Shown: positions 22,965 to 33,600, counted from the stretch's first letter. The stretch: DNA of 64,000 nt from Gammaproteobacteria bacterium (GCA_963422205.2 CAXMWX010000001.1:64001-128000), one strand, 5' to 3'. Made by a program: numbers and translations. Notes: generated from the letters alone by a model not told the origin.

Positions 22965-23663
22965 ATGACCGGGCACTTATTAGATAAGAAAAAAATTACT
23001 GGCTATACAATCTATAACGCTGAACAGCATCGCAGAACAGTTAAAAATAATTTGCCAGATTGCTACCCTGCTCTTCCTCAGAAAAGATATGATGTAATTT
23101 ATGCAGATCCTCCGTGGGATTACGGTGGCAAGATGCAGTTTGATAAAAGCAGCAAATCTATTGATAAAATCGATCTAAGTAAAAATATTTTCATTAGTGC
23201 AGCAAATTTTAAGTACCCGACGATTAAAATTAAAGATCTAAAAAATATCCCTGTCTATGAAATTGCCAAAAGTAATTGCCTCCTGTTTATGTGGGTAACG
23301 AATCCACATCTTGCACAAGGAATTGAATTAGGCCAGGCATGGGGGTTTGAATATAAGACTGTTGCTTTTGTATGGGACAAGATGGTGCATAATCCTGGTC
23401 AATATACATTGTCGTATTGTGAACTATGCTTATTGTTTAAAAGAGGGAAAATACCATCCCCCAGGGGTGCTAGGAACATTAAGCAACTTGTACGTGTAAA
23501 ACGAACACATCACAGTGAAAAACCACTTCTTGTGCGAGAAGGTATTGAAAAAATGTTCCCTACACAAGAAAAAATAGAACTATTCTCAAGAAGTAAACCG
23601 AAAAACTGGGATGTTTGGGGACTAGATGTAGAAAAAATTTATAAAAGTGAAAAAATTATCTAA
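22965..23663 (+). CDS. MT-A70 family N6-adenine DNA methyltransferase (M.MunI-like)
   Basis: VIYADPPW motif, LFMWVT, HSEKP, IELFSR; AT-rich; adjacent to an endonuclease gene. Confidence 0.9.
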   Translation: MTGHLLDKKKITGYTIYNAEQHRRTVKNNLPDCYPALPQKRYDVIYADPPWDYGGKMQFDKSSKSIDKIDLSKNIFISAANFKYPTIKIKDLKNIPVYEIAKSNCLLFMWVTNPHLAQGIELGQAWGFEYKTVAFVWDKMVHNPGQYTLSYCELCLLFKRGKIPSPRGARNIKQLVRVKRTHHSEKPLLVREGIEKMFPTQEKIELFSRSKPKNWDVWGLDVEKIYKSEKII

Positions 23664-24259
23664 ACCAATATTGGTTCTATATGTTTAAAGAAATGTTCAT
23701 ATAGCGGGGCTGGGTCGCCAGCATTCCGCCAGAAGAAAAAGTGGCCTTCCCTATTATGATACCAGCAGGTTACCTCTCTTGCCCTACAGGGGTCTCTTGT
23801 GATATTGCCTTGAAAAACAGTCCAAAAGGGAAGCGCATCATCATTAATGTTACCTTTCTCTCGAAGAATCTTTAGAAGCCCGGGGGCGAAGAACTTGCAT
23901 GATCTTTCGTGGGCATTGCCACGACCATCTGAACGCTTGCCTCCTTCTACCCAGCCGTCTTGGCGTTTGACCTCTACATACATGGTTTTCTCTGTTTCGG
24001 TATTATCTATTGCATAATCAGGGAAAACACCATGTTTGGTTATCGTTTCTGGCGGGTTGTATATTTCACTTTTTACTTGCTCTGAAAGTTCAACATCAAG
24101 ATAAATTTTGCTAAATTCTTTTGGTTTAGCTCGTATTGTAAATTCCGTATCAGCAAACAAAGTTTGAAAAGCCACCAGGAAATCATTTTCCGCAGCACTG
24201 GCATTTCTTCCGCTGTAGTGTTGCCATTTTCTCCTCAGACGATTATCTGTGCTTCCCAT
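23660..24259 (-). CDS. MunI-family type II restriction endonuclease
   Basis: PD..D/ExK core GVFPDYAI...VEVKRQDGWVEG..GRGNAHERSCK and ITRDP, matching my recollection of R.MunI (EcoRI-related). Confidence 0.88.
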   Translation of the reverse strand: MGSTDNRLRRKWQHYSGRNASAAENDFLVAFQTLFADTEFTIRAKPKEFSKIYLDVELSEQVKSEIYNPPETITKHGVFPDYAIDNTETEKTMYVEVKRQDGWVEGGKRSDGRGNAHERSCKFFAPGLLKILREKGNINDDALPFWTVFQGNITRDPCRAREVTCWYHNREGHFFFWRNAGDPAPLYEHFFKHIEPILV

Positions 24260-24508
24260 TATTCATTGATCCTCAGCAAGGTAGAAAGTGATACATTCAA
24301 CGCTTTAGCAATTTGATAAACATTAAGAAGAGTAATATTCTCCAGCTCCCCGTTCTATCATGCTGTAATAGGTGCGATGAAGCCCAGCCTTATCCGCAAG
24401 CTGTTCCTGAGATAAGCTTTGCGCTTTTCTTGTGCTGCGGACTCGGCTTCCGAAAGAGGATAAAATTTTCTCATCTTTATTTTTCACGGTGTTCTCTCTA
24501 AGTCGCAT
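24259..24508 (-). pseudogene. restriction-modification controller (C) protein, XRE HTH, frameshifted
   Basis: FGSRVRSTRKAQSLSQEQLADKAGLHRTYYSMIERG then a premature stop at 24323. The +1 frame continues ENITLLNVYQIAKALNVSLSTLLRINE*, and its TAA overlaps the endonuclease ATG (TAATG). Confidence 0.8.
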
Positions 24509-24520
24509 CGCATTAGATAA

Positions 24521-25429
24521 CTAAGGCCGTTGAAACTTCACCTCATGCGGTCTTAGTGTTGTCAGACATTCGCTGCACACCACGCGGGCGCGCAATCGGC
24601 GTTTGCATGGCGTGTGTGTTAAGAGCAGCGGCGCCTTGCCGGGTGCGGCCAACCAGCGATCGCCCCATTGCAACATGGCGATGATTGACGGGTACAGGTC
24701 GATGCCAGTGGCCGTCAACACATATTCATGCCGTGGGGGCCGGGTCTGGTATTGACGCCTTGCCAGCAGATCGCTTTTGACCAGCCGCTTGATACGATCG
24801 GTCAGTATATTCGTTGCTATTTTTTGCTGTTTACGCATCTCATCAAACCGGCGGATGCGAAAGAAGGCCATCGCCAGAATCAACGCCGCCCAGCGATCGC
24901 CCAGGATATCGCACATCGTATACAGATCTGCCCCGATTTCCTTGGAACGGCGTGTACGCTGGGGGGCGCAGCGGGACTCATAGCCAGCCCCCGGGCCGTC
25001 TTTATAGCGAACATCGTACGCACTTAACTCGCCCCCGCAATGTGAGCACACCATAAGCGGCTGCATCAACTGGCCACAGGATTGATGGTACAGGCTGCGG
25101 GGGTGTGCGATCCGGTGGCGGTGCCAGCGCTCCTCCCAGCACCACCCCATCAGGGCGCAGGGGTAGAGTTCCCGCCCCATCCGGGTCAGGTGATATTCAT
25201 AGCGCCTTGGTCGGTCATGGTAACGTGTTCTGTGCATCAAGCCGTTTTTTAGCAGGTGTTGCAAGCGGTTGCTCAAGGTACTCCTGGCGGTGGCCATGCT
25301 CGCCTGCCACTCGCCAAAGCGCTTTACCCCGACAAAGGCATACTCCAGGATGATCAAGGTGGTGCGGTCGCCGATGATGCCGAGGGCGCGATACACCGAG
25401 CTGGCCTGGATCTGATTCTTGAGCGCCAT
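24521..25429 (-). CDS. tandem (two-domain) HxlR-family winged-helix transcriptional regulator
   Basis: Two repeats of (I/L)GDR..L.I....F....RF....LxxRLxxL....RxEYxLT..G, each followed by HxxC...CxxC. Confidence 0.9.
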   Translation of the reverse strand: MALKNQIQASSVYRALGIIGDRTTLIILEYAFVGVKRFGEWQASMATARSTLSNRLQHLLKNGLMHRTRYHDRPRRYEYHLTRMGRELYPCALMGWCWEERWHRHRIAHPRSLYHQSCGQLMQPLMVCSHCGGELSAYDVRYKDGPGAGYESRCAPQRTRRSKEIGADLYTMCDILGDRWAALILAMAFFRIRRFDEMRKQQKIATNILTDRIKRLVKSDLLARRQYQTRPPRHEYVLTATGIDLYPSIIAMLQWGDRWLAAPGKAPLLLTHTPCKRRLRARVVCSECLTTLRPHEVKFQRP

Positions 25430-25464
25430 GGCAGCACCATACTGACTTGGACGAAAACCGCAAT

Positions 25465-25493
25465 TTGTATCTCTGCCGGACGGATGCTATAGT
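25465..25493 (+). promoter_or_regulatory. sigma70 promoter of the thiolase operon
   Basis: TTGTAT (25465-70), 17-bp spacer, TATAGT (25488-93) with an extended TGn. Confidence 0.6.
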
Positions 25494-25514
25494 CAGTCTT
25501 TTTATGCAAGTCAC
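25492..25514. promoter_or_regulatory. putative operator, copy 2 (GTCAGTCTTTTTATGCAAGTCAC)
   Basis: Exact 17-bp reverse complement of 1087-1103. Covers the predicted transcription start; lies between the divergent HxlR and thiolase genes. Confidence 0.75.
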
Positions 25515-25589
25515 ACGGGCGATCCGGCAAAGCACCGCCGCTGCCATGGGCCTGATGATGACATCACAACTTGTAGGGAGGCCCCGGAT

Positions 25590-26801
25590 ATGCGACAGGC
25601 CGTTATCCTAGATGCCGTGAGAACGCCGCGTGGTGCTGCCCGTCGCTGGGGCGCCTTGCGGGCGGTGAAGGCCGTTGATCTGTTAGGGCCGCTCTACCAT
25701 GCCTTGTCTGCCAGGGGTTCGCTGGATGTTGAACAGGTGGAAGAGATCATCCTGGGCTGTGTGACGCAGGTGGGTGATCAGGGCGCCAACATTGCCCGCA
25801 TCTCATCCCTGCACATCGGCTGGCCGGAGGGCATCGCCGGGCAGACCATCAACAGCTTTTGTACCTCTGCGCTCACCGCCGTGGCCACCGCCGCCGCCCA
25901 CATCCAGGCCGGCCATACGGACATGGCCATCGCTGGCGGGGTTGAGTCCATGTCCAGGGCGCCGATGATGTCCGATGAGGGTGCCTGGTATCGCGATCCT
26001 GTCATCATGCAAAGCACGCGCTTTGTGCCGCTGGGCGTTGCTGCTGATCTGCTTGCCAGCCTGGCCGGATTTACCCGGGAACAACTGGATGAATACGCCT
26101 GTGAATCGCATCGGCGCGCTGCACGGGCGCAGGCTGCCGGCTGTTTTGATCGATCGCTTGTGCCGGTGAGGGACGTTGGGGGCGGCATTTTGCTGGACCG
26201 GGATGAGATGATACGCCGGGATGTGTCTATGGAGAGCCTGGCTGCACTCGCCCCGGCCTTTGCGGCGGCTGGTGCTGAGGGGGCTGATCGCCTGGCCTTG
26301 CAACGCTACCTGGTGCTGGAGAAGATCGCACATTTGCACACCGCGGGCAGCTCGCCGGCGATGGTGGACGGGGCGGCGCTTATCTTGCTGGCTGACCGAG
26401 AAGCGGCCGAGGCACAGGGGCTGACCCCGCGGGCCAGGGTCGTGACCACGGCCAGCGCTGCGGTCGAGCCGATCATCATGCTGACCGCCGGCAAGCTGGC
26501 GACCCGCCGGGCGCTGGCGAAAGCCGACTTGTCAGTAAGCGATATCGACCTGTTTGAATGCAACGAAGGCTTTGCCGCCGTACCGCTTGACTACCAGCGT
26601 GATTTGAACATCAGCCGGGCGCAGCTGAATGTCAACGGCGGTGCGATCGCCATGGGACATCCGATGGGCGCATCGGGTGCCATTCTGCTCGGCACCCTGC
26701 TGGATGAGCTGGAGCGGCGCGAGCAGCGCTTTGGTCTGGCAGCGCTGTGTGGTGGGGCTGGCCTTGGCGCGGCGATGCTGATTGAACGCCTGCCGTCATG
26801 A
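25590..26801 (+). CDS. acetyl-CoA C-acyltransferase (thiolase)
   Basis: AVRTPRG, INSFC (catalytic Cys), GGVESMS, NEGF, NVNGGAIAMGHPMGASG, LCGGAG. Confidence 0.95.
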   Translation: MRQAVILDAVRTPRGAARRWGALRAVKAVDLLGPLYHALSARGSLDVEQVEEIILGCVTQVGDQGANIARISSLHIGWPEGIAGQTINSFCTSALTAVATAAAHIQAGHTDMAIAGGVESMSRAPMMSDEGAWYRDPVIMQSTRFVPLGVAADLLASLAGFTREQLDEYACESHRRAARAQAAGCFDRSLVPVRDVGGGILLDRDEMIRRDVSMESLAALAPAFAAAGAEGADRLALQRYLVLEKIAHLHTAGSSPAMVDGAALILLADREAAEAQGLTPRARVVTTASAAVEPIIMLTAGKLATRRALAKADLSVSDIDLFECNEGFAAVPLDYQRDLNISRAQLNVNGGAIAMGHPMGASGAILLGTLLDELERREQRFGLAALCGGAGLGAAMLIERLPS

Positions 26802-27232
26802 GCAGGGAGAGGTTTATCGGTAGCTGGAATCTGCATCGCTGGATCATCACCTCTAATGGCACGTCCCGCCATCCCTTCGGTGAGGATGCTGGCGGGCTGT
26901 TGCTGTATACCGATGATGGCTGCATGGCCGTGGTGATCAACAAGCCGGCGGTTCTGGCGATTCCAGCGGGCAGCCCGTACCGTTTGCCCGATACACAAAA
27001 AGCCCGCTTGTTTGATCACTGTTTTGCCTATGCCGGCCAGTGGCGGCTTGAGGACAATCAGGTGATCCATCGCATACAGCAGGCCGATAATCCCCATCTT
27101 ATCGGCAGCCAGCAAAGCCGAACATTCGCATTTGCGGATAATCAGCTTATTCTATCGGCAATGGAGGAGATTGCCGGCAAAGAAAGCCGATGGCATCGGC
27201 TCATCTGGGTAAGGGTGGCCGGGCGAAGATGA
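26798..27232 (+). CDS. lipocalin-like domain protein (Lipocalin_5 type)
   Basis: FIGSWNL...PFG...GLLLYTDDG.M...AYAG.W...V.H....NP..IG..Q.R pattern; ATGA overlap with the thiolase. Confidence 0.82.
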   Translation: MSRERFIGSWNLHRWIITSNGTSRHPFGEDAGGLLLYTDDGCMAVVINKPAVLAIPAGSPYRLPDTQKARLFDHCFAYAGQWRLEDNQVIHRIQQADNPHLIGSQQSRTFAFADNQLILSAMEEIAGKESRWHRLIWVRVAGRR

Positions 27233-27408
27233 ATGCTGCGCTTTTTCTCTTACACATCAGGGCACGCCGGTGCCGGTACGCCATTGAAGAGCGCACTGGC
27301 CTTTTTGCTGATGATGCGAAAGCAATCCGGCCTCCCGCCGTCCATGCCGTCAGGCCAGGCACCCCGCCGGGCTTATAAGGGCCGGGCAAAAACGGGGAAG
27401 GCGAGCGG

Positions 27409-29103
27409 ATGATCCTGCATAACCAGGCGTTGATTGATGAGTATACCGGCAAGGGCTGGTGGCGGAGGCAGACCTTTATCGATTTATTTCTACAGCAGCT
27501 TACCGCCCACCCGGACGAGATCGCCCTCTTGGATCCGCCCAACCGGGCGGATTTCACCAGCGGCGCCAGCCAGCACTTGACCTACCGGGATATTGCCCGG
27601 CGGGTCGATGCCCTGGCCGGCAGGCTGGTTACGCTGGGGGCGGGGGGCGATGATATTGCGGTTATTCAACTGCCCAACATCGTCGAGCTTGTCATTGCGC
27701 TGCTCGCCTGTGCCAGGATCGGCATCATCGCCAGCCCGGTGGCGGTGGGCTACCGCCAATATGAGTTAAGCAATATTCTGTCAATCGCCAGGCCGAGGTT
27801 TTTTATCACCATCGATCGCTTCAAGGAACAGCAACTCGCGGCGACCGCGCACACCCTTATCGGCCAATCCTCGCAGGTACATGTGTTGTCCTGGGGTGAG
27901 GTGGGTGCGCCCATCCATGCGCTGGATGATCTGCCCCCAGCAGCGGCCACGGCGCTGGCTGATTATCTGGACACTTGTCAACTGACGGCGAATGATATTA
28001 TCACCGCTGCCTGGACATCCGGCACCACGGCCGAGCCAAAAGCTGTGCTGAGAAGTCATAACAACTGGTATGTCAGCAGCCGGGCGGTGATTGAGGCGGC
28101 CCGGCTGGTCGAGGGCGATATCCTGCTCTGCCCCCTGCCCATGATCAATATGGGCGCGATCAGTGGCTTTCTGGTACCCTGGTTAGAGTTAAGGAGCACC
28201 CTGGTGCTGCATCATCCGTTTGATCTGGCGGTCTATCTGCGGCAACTGGAAGACGAGCGGGTTGCCTATACCATTGCCCCGCCTGCCATATTGAACGCCC
28301 TGCTAAAAAACAAGGCACAGCTGGATGCCATCGATTTGCGCTGTCTGCGTGCTGTCGCCTCGGGCGCTGCCCCGCTGTCCCCGTGGATGGTGAAGACCTA
28401 TCAGGAGGATTATGCCATTGATGTGATCAATTTCTTTGGCTCCAATGAGGGGATTGCCCTGGCCTCCAGCCGGCATGATGTGCCTGATCCTGCACACCGC
28501 GCAGACTATTTCCCTCGCTGGGGCGTTGAGGGGATTGACTGGCCTGCCAGTCTCTCCCGGATGAATGCGACCAAACTGGTTGATATGGCAACAGGGGAGA
28601 TAATCACCGAAGCCGGGCAGCCGGGCGAGTTGATGATCCGGGGGCCGGGGGTCTTCCCCGCCTACCTGAACCGACCGGCGTTGACCCGGGCAGCCTTTGA
28701 TGCGGCGGGTTTTCATCGCACCGGTGATGTCTTTATGATCGCTGGTGAGGGCGAGCTGAGTCGGTTTTATCGATTCATCGATCGCTGCAAGGACATTATT
28801 ATCCGGGGCGGCATGAATATCTCTCCCAGTGAACTCGATGCCTTGCTGGCCGGTCATCCGCTGCTGACAGAAGCTGCCGTGGCCGCTTACCCGGATGCTG
28901 ATCTGGGCGAGCGGGTGGCCGTGTTTGCGGTGGCAAGATCAGCAGAAGCGCCGACTTTGGAGGACATTGTCAGCTATCTGAAGGCAAAACAGATCGCCGT
29001 ATTCAAGCTGCCGGAGAGGCTGGTGCTGCTGGAGAGCCTGCCCCGAAATGCGATGAATAAAGTGCTGAGGCGTGAACTTGTCCGTTTTATTGATCAGACA
29101 TGA
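27409..29103 (+). CDS. acyl/aryl-CoA ligase (AMP-binding adenylate-forming enzyme)
   Basis: WTSGTTAEPK, FGSNEG, FHRTGD, RCKDIIIRGGMNIS, LPRNAMNKV. Confidence 0.93.
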   Translation: MILHNQALIDEYTGKGWWRRQTFIDLFLQQLTAHPDEIALLDPPNRADFTSGASQHLTYRDIARRVDALAGRLVTLGAGGDDIAVIQLPNIVELVIALLACARIGIIASPVAVGYRQYELSNILSIARPRFFITIDRFKEQQLAATAHTLIGQSSQVHVLSWGEVGAPIHALDDLPPAAATALADYLDTCQLTANDIITAAWTSGTTAEPKAVLRSHNNWYVSSRAVIEAARLVEGDILLCPLPMINMGAISGFLVPWLELRSTLVLHHPFDLAVYLRQLEDERVAYTIAPPAILNALLKNKAQLDAIDLRCLRAVASGAAPLSPWMVKTYQEDYAIDVINFFGSNEGIALASSRHDVPDPAHRADYFPRWGVEGIDWPASLSRMNATKLVDMATGEIITEAGQPGELMIRGPGVFPAYLNRPALTRAAFDAAGFHRTGDVFMIAGEGELSRFYRFIDRCKDIIIRGGMNISPSELDALLAGHPLLTEAAVAAYPDADLGERVAVFAVARSAEAPTLEDIVSYLKAKQIAVFKLPERLVLLESLPRNAMNKVLRRELVRFIDQT

Positions 29104-29122
29104 TTGCGCCCTTGTCAAAGGG

Positions 29123-29650
29123 CTATCTGCGCTTCAACAACACGTACACCGCCCCGCTGCCGCCATCCTCCCGCCTGGCTTCGCAATAAGCAAGCACCTC
29201 TGGACAACGTTGCAGCCAGGCTGGCAGCTTGCTTTTCAGTACCGGTTGGCCTTCAGATGAGTGTGTTCCCTTGCCGGGAATAATCAGCACGCAACGCGTG
29301 TCGCTGGCTTGGCAGTGCATGATAAACGCCGTCACCGTCGATTCCGCTTCCCTGGCAGTGAAGCCATGCAGGTTGAGCTCACCCTCAACCGGAATCTTCC
29401 CGCGCCGCAATTTATCTAACACCCGCTTTTGTACGCCGTCTTTTCTATAGTGCATGGGTTTGTCGTGCTGTTTCTCATTGATGACATCGGGCGCCGGGCT
29501 GGCGCTGGTGCGCTGATCCGTATCATCGCCCTGATGCACTACTGGCCGGGCGGCAGGTCTGGAGGGGCGTAAAATGACCGTATCCGGCGGTTTGATTCTA
29601 ATGACCGGGCCGACCATGCGCCCGAAGTCCTTATCCTGCTCTGTGCTCAC
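29123..29650 (-). CDS. Smr domain protein
   Basis: LRRGKIP...LNLHG...IIPGKG...GGSGAVYVLLK. Confidence 0.9.
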   Translation of the reverse strand: MSTEQDKDFGRMVGPVIRIKPPDTVILRPSRPAARPVVHQGDDTDQRTSASPAPDVINEKQHDKPMHYRKDGVQKRVLDKLRRGKIPVEGELNLHGFTAREAESTVTAFIMHCQASDTRCVLIIPGKGTHSSEGQPVLKSKLPAWLQRCPEVLAYCEARREDGGSGAVYVLLKRR

Positions 29651-29665
29651 CGGGTTGTGCCGTGA

Positions 29666-30616
29666 TTAAAAATAGCTTTGTAAATCCATGCCGTGATACA
29701 GCGAGGCGACTTGCTCGGCATAGCCATTGAACGGCAGGGTCTTGCGCTTGAACAAATCGCCTATGCGCCGCTCTCTGGCCTGGCTCCAGCGCGGGTGATC
29801 AACCGCCGGATTGACATTGGCATAAAAACCATACTCGTGCGGTGCGGACTCATGCCAGCTTGTCAGGGGTTGTTTTTCGGTAAAACGCAGGCTGGCGATC
29901 GATTTCACGCTCTTAAAGCCATATTTCCACGGCACGATCAGGCGCACCGGGGCGCCGTTCTGGTTCGGCAACTCCTCGCCGTACAGGCCGATCACCAGCA
30001 GGGTGAGGGGGTGCATGGCCTCATCCATACGCAGCCCCTCCCGATAGGGCCAGTTCAGCACCCGCCGCCGCAGGCCGGGCATCTCCTTTGGTCGCATGAC
30101 GGTGATGAACTCCACATACCTGGCATTATTGAGCGGCTTGAAGCGTTTCAGCACATCAGCCAGCGGTATGCCCACCCAGGGGATGACCATAGACCACGCC
30201 TCCACGCAACGCAGCCGGCAGATGCGCTCCTCCAGCGTATGTGGCCGGATAATATCCTCCAGATCATACGTGCCCGGTCGTTCACATTCGCCGGTCACGG
30301 TGATTGACCAGGGCCTGGGTTTGAACTTGCCGGAGTTTTTGGCCGGGTCGGATTTATCGGTGCCGAACTCGTAGAAATTATTGTATGAGGTGACGGCATC
30401 CCAGGGGGTCAGCTCCTCGGTGGTGGAGTATCGATTGTTTTTAACCGAGGTCAGCTTGTTTTTTGTCTGTGCTTGGCCGGATTGGGGCACCAGCGCACCC
30501 GTACCCAGCGCCGCGGCGGTGGTCATGGCCTGCTGCACAAACCGGCGGCGATTAAGCCAGGCAGCCTGTGGCGTGATTTCGGAAGGGGCGATATCGGCGG
30601 TAGGTTTAATCAGCAT
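29666..30616 (-). CDS. msrP: periplasmic methionine sulfoxide reductase catalytic subunit (molybdoenzyme)
   Basis: SEITP, Tat motif [38 protein letters not shown]. Confidence 0.96.
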   Translation of the reverse strand: MLIKPTADIAPSEITPQAAWLNRRRFVQQAMTTAAALGTGALVPQSGQAQTKNKLTSVKNNRYSTTEELTPWDAVTSYNNFYEFGTDKSDPAKNSGKFKPRPWSITVTGECERPGTYDLEDIIRPHTLEERICRLRCVEAWSMVIPWVGIPLADVLKRFKPLNNARYVEFITVMRPKEMPGLRRRVLNWPYREGLRMDEAMHPLTLLVIGLYGEELPNQNGAPVRLIVPWKYGFKSVKSIASLRFTEKQPLTSWHESAPHEYGFYANVNPAVDHPRWSQARERRIGDLFKRKTLPFNGYAEQVASLYHGMDLQSYF

Positions 30617-30679
30617 GTTATGGGCCTGCTTGTCGTGTTGGTGTTTACATCAGAATACAGCTTGACAGGTTTTGTTCAT

Positions 30680-33600
30680 TCATGCCAGCCAGCGACGGGC
30701 ATTATGGAACATCTGCATCCAGGGGCTCTCCTCCTGCCGCCAGTTTGGATCATGCCAGGAGAGCTGCCGGCACAAAAATACCCGCTCCGGGTGCGGCATC
30801 ATGATCGTGAAGCGGCCATCATCGCTGGTAAACCCGTTCACCCCGCCCGCCGAGCCGTTGGGGTTGGCCGGATACGCTATCGTTGGCTGGCCGGTATTGT
30901 CAACATAGCGCACGACCGGCAGTGACTGTTGTCCCGGTGCAATGAAATGCGTCTGCCCCTCGGCATGGGCCACCACCACCGGGAGTTTTGCGCCCTGCAT
31001 CCCGGCAAAAAACAACGATGGCGATGCCAGGATCTCGACCATTACCAGGCGGGATTCGAACCGCCCGGAGCGATTGGCGGCAAACTGTGGCCAGTGGGCG
31101 GCCCCGGGCAGTAACTCCCGCAGTTGCGAGAGCATCTGGCAGCCGTTGCATACCCCCAGGGCAAAGCTGTCGGTGCGTTCAAAGAACTGCTGGAATTGCT
31201 CCCGCGAGCGCAGATTGAATAAAATCGATTTCGCCCAGCCGCCGCCAGCACCCAGCACATCGCCGTAGGAAAATCCACCACAGGCCACCAGCCCCTGTAA
31301 CCCCGTCAGGCCTTGCTCGCCGCTGTTAAGATCACTGATATGCAGATCAAGGCAGTCAAACCCTGCCCGCTCAAAGGCGGCGGCCATCTCGACTTGCCCG
31401 TTGACGCCCTGCTCTCTGAGGATGCCTATCGTTGGCCGTGCCTGGCCGGTAAGCGCCGGTGCGGCAGTCACAGTAAACGGCACCGAGAAAAACAGCCCCG
31501 GATCATCCATATCCTGCAGGGCCAGGTACTCTTCACGGGCGCAGGCAGGATTGTCGCGCAGCGCCTGTATCTGACAGGTTGTGCTTGACCAGAGTCCGTG
31601 CAGCGCTGCCAGCCCCGCCTCATACAGCACCGCCTGCTGATGGTGGATGCGGATGGATTTCGCCCGGTTGGGTGTGGCGATGATTCGGATGCAGTCAGCC
31701 GGCAGACCGGCCTCGATGAAGGCCCTATGCACGGTTTGCATATCGGCCTGCCTGATCTGCAACACAGCGCCGGCTTCCTCATTGAACAGCAAGGCGATCG
31801 GATCGGCCTCCTCATGCAGCTCGATATCCAGCCCCAGCCGGCCAGCAAAGGCCATCTCGGTAAGGCAGACAAACAGGCCGCCATCCGAGCGATCATGATA
31901 GGCCAGGATATAAGCGGCCTCGTTCAGCAACTGCACGGCATTGAAGAAGGCAATTAATAAGTGGCTGTCGTCAATGTCCGGGGGGGTATACCCATGCCGG
32001 TTATACACCTGCGCCAGCGCCGATTCCCCCAGCCGGTTCTGGCCGCCGCCCAGATCAATCAGTAGCAGCACAGTCTCCGGCTCGGCTTGCAGTTGCGGTG
32101 TCAGGCTTTTATGCGTATCGGCAACCGGTGCGAAGGCCGTGATGACGACGGTCAGCGGGGAGATCACCTGGCAGGTCTCGCCCTGTTGCTGCCAGCGGGT
32201 GTGCATGGACAGCGAATCCTTGCCCACGGGGATGGGGATCCCCAGCTCGCAGGCCAGAGTCGAGACTGCCTGCACCGCCGTGAACAAGGCGGCATCCTCA
32301 TCCGGCTCGCCACAGGCAGCCATCCAGTTGGCCGAGCAGGCGATATCGCCGAGACGCAGTATCCGGCTGGCAGAGATATTGGTAATGGCCTCGGCGAGGG
32401 CCATGCGGCCAGAGGCGGCCGGGTTGGTAACGGCAAGCGGGCTGCGCTCGCCCAGCGCCATCGCCTCGCCACAGGCGGCATGAAACCCCGCCGCCGTCAC
32501 CGCACAATCTGCCACCGGGCTCTGCCAGGGGCCGACCATTTGATCGCGGCAGACCAGCCCGGAGACGCTGCGATCAGCGATGGTGATTAAAAAGCGTTTA
32601 TCGGCGATGGTCGGTAGCTGCAACAGGCGTTTGATCGTCTCGGCCAGCGCCAGGCCATCCCCGATCAGGGCGCGGCTTTGCGGCGGCTGGCGGCTGGCGG
32701 TTTTTGTCAAGCCCGGCGGCTTGCCGAACAACACAGACAAGGGCATGTCAACGGCATGGCATCCGGTGGTATCGACTAATTGCAGTTGGTGTTCAACGGT
32801 GGCCTTGCCGAGGATGGCAAAGGGCGCGCGCTCTCGCTGGCATATCGCCCTGAAGCGGGGCAGATCAGCGGCGGCGATTGCCAGCACGTAGCGCTCCTGT
32901 GATTCGTTGCACCACAACTCCATGGGCGATAGGGCCGGATCAGCGCGGGGAATCCTGTCCAGTTCAAACCGGCCACCACGGCCACTGCCATGTACCAGCT
33001 CCGGCAGGGCGTTGGCCAGCCCGCCCGCCCCCACATCATGGATGGCCAGCACGGGGTTAGCCTCCGCCAGGGCGCAGCAGTGATCGATCACTTCCTGACA
33101 ACGCCGCTGCATCTCTGCATTGGCGCGTTGCACCGAGGCGAAATCCAGGGTCTGATCGCCCTCACCAGAGGCCATGGAGGAGGCGGCCCCGCCGCCCAGA
33201 CCAATCAACATGGCCGGCCCGCCTAATACGATCAGATAGCTGCCGGCGGGAATATTTTTTTTATCGACATGCGGCTTGAGGATGCGTCCATAACCGCCGG
33301 CGAGCATGACGGGCTTGTGGTAGCCGTAGTGTTTGCCAGCCAGGGTTTGCTCATAGCTGCGGAAGTAGCCGGTCAATAACGGGCGGCCAAATTCATTGTT
33401 GTACGCTGCTGCCCCCAGCGGACCGGCCAGCATGATCTCCAGCGCCGAGGCGATGTGTGCCGGCCTTCGCATGGCGCCCTCCCAGGGTTGCGGCAGCCCG
33501 GGCAAATGCAGATTCGACACCGCAAAACCGCATAAGCCGGCCTTGGGCTTCCCGCCAGTGCCAGTGGCGGCGGCATCACGAATTTCACCACCGGCACCCG

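Noticed and set aside
31049-31063. tRNA T-loop-like sequence (reverse complement CGGTTCGAATCCCGC)
   Set aside because: Lies inside purL coding sequence with no surrounding cloverleaf.
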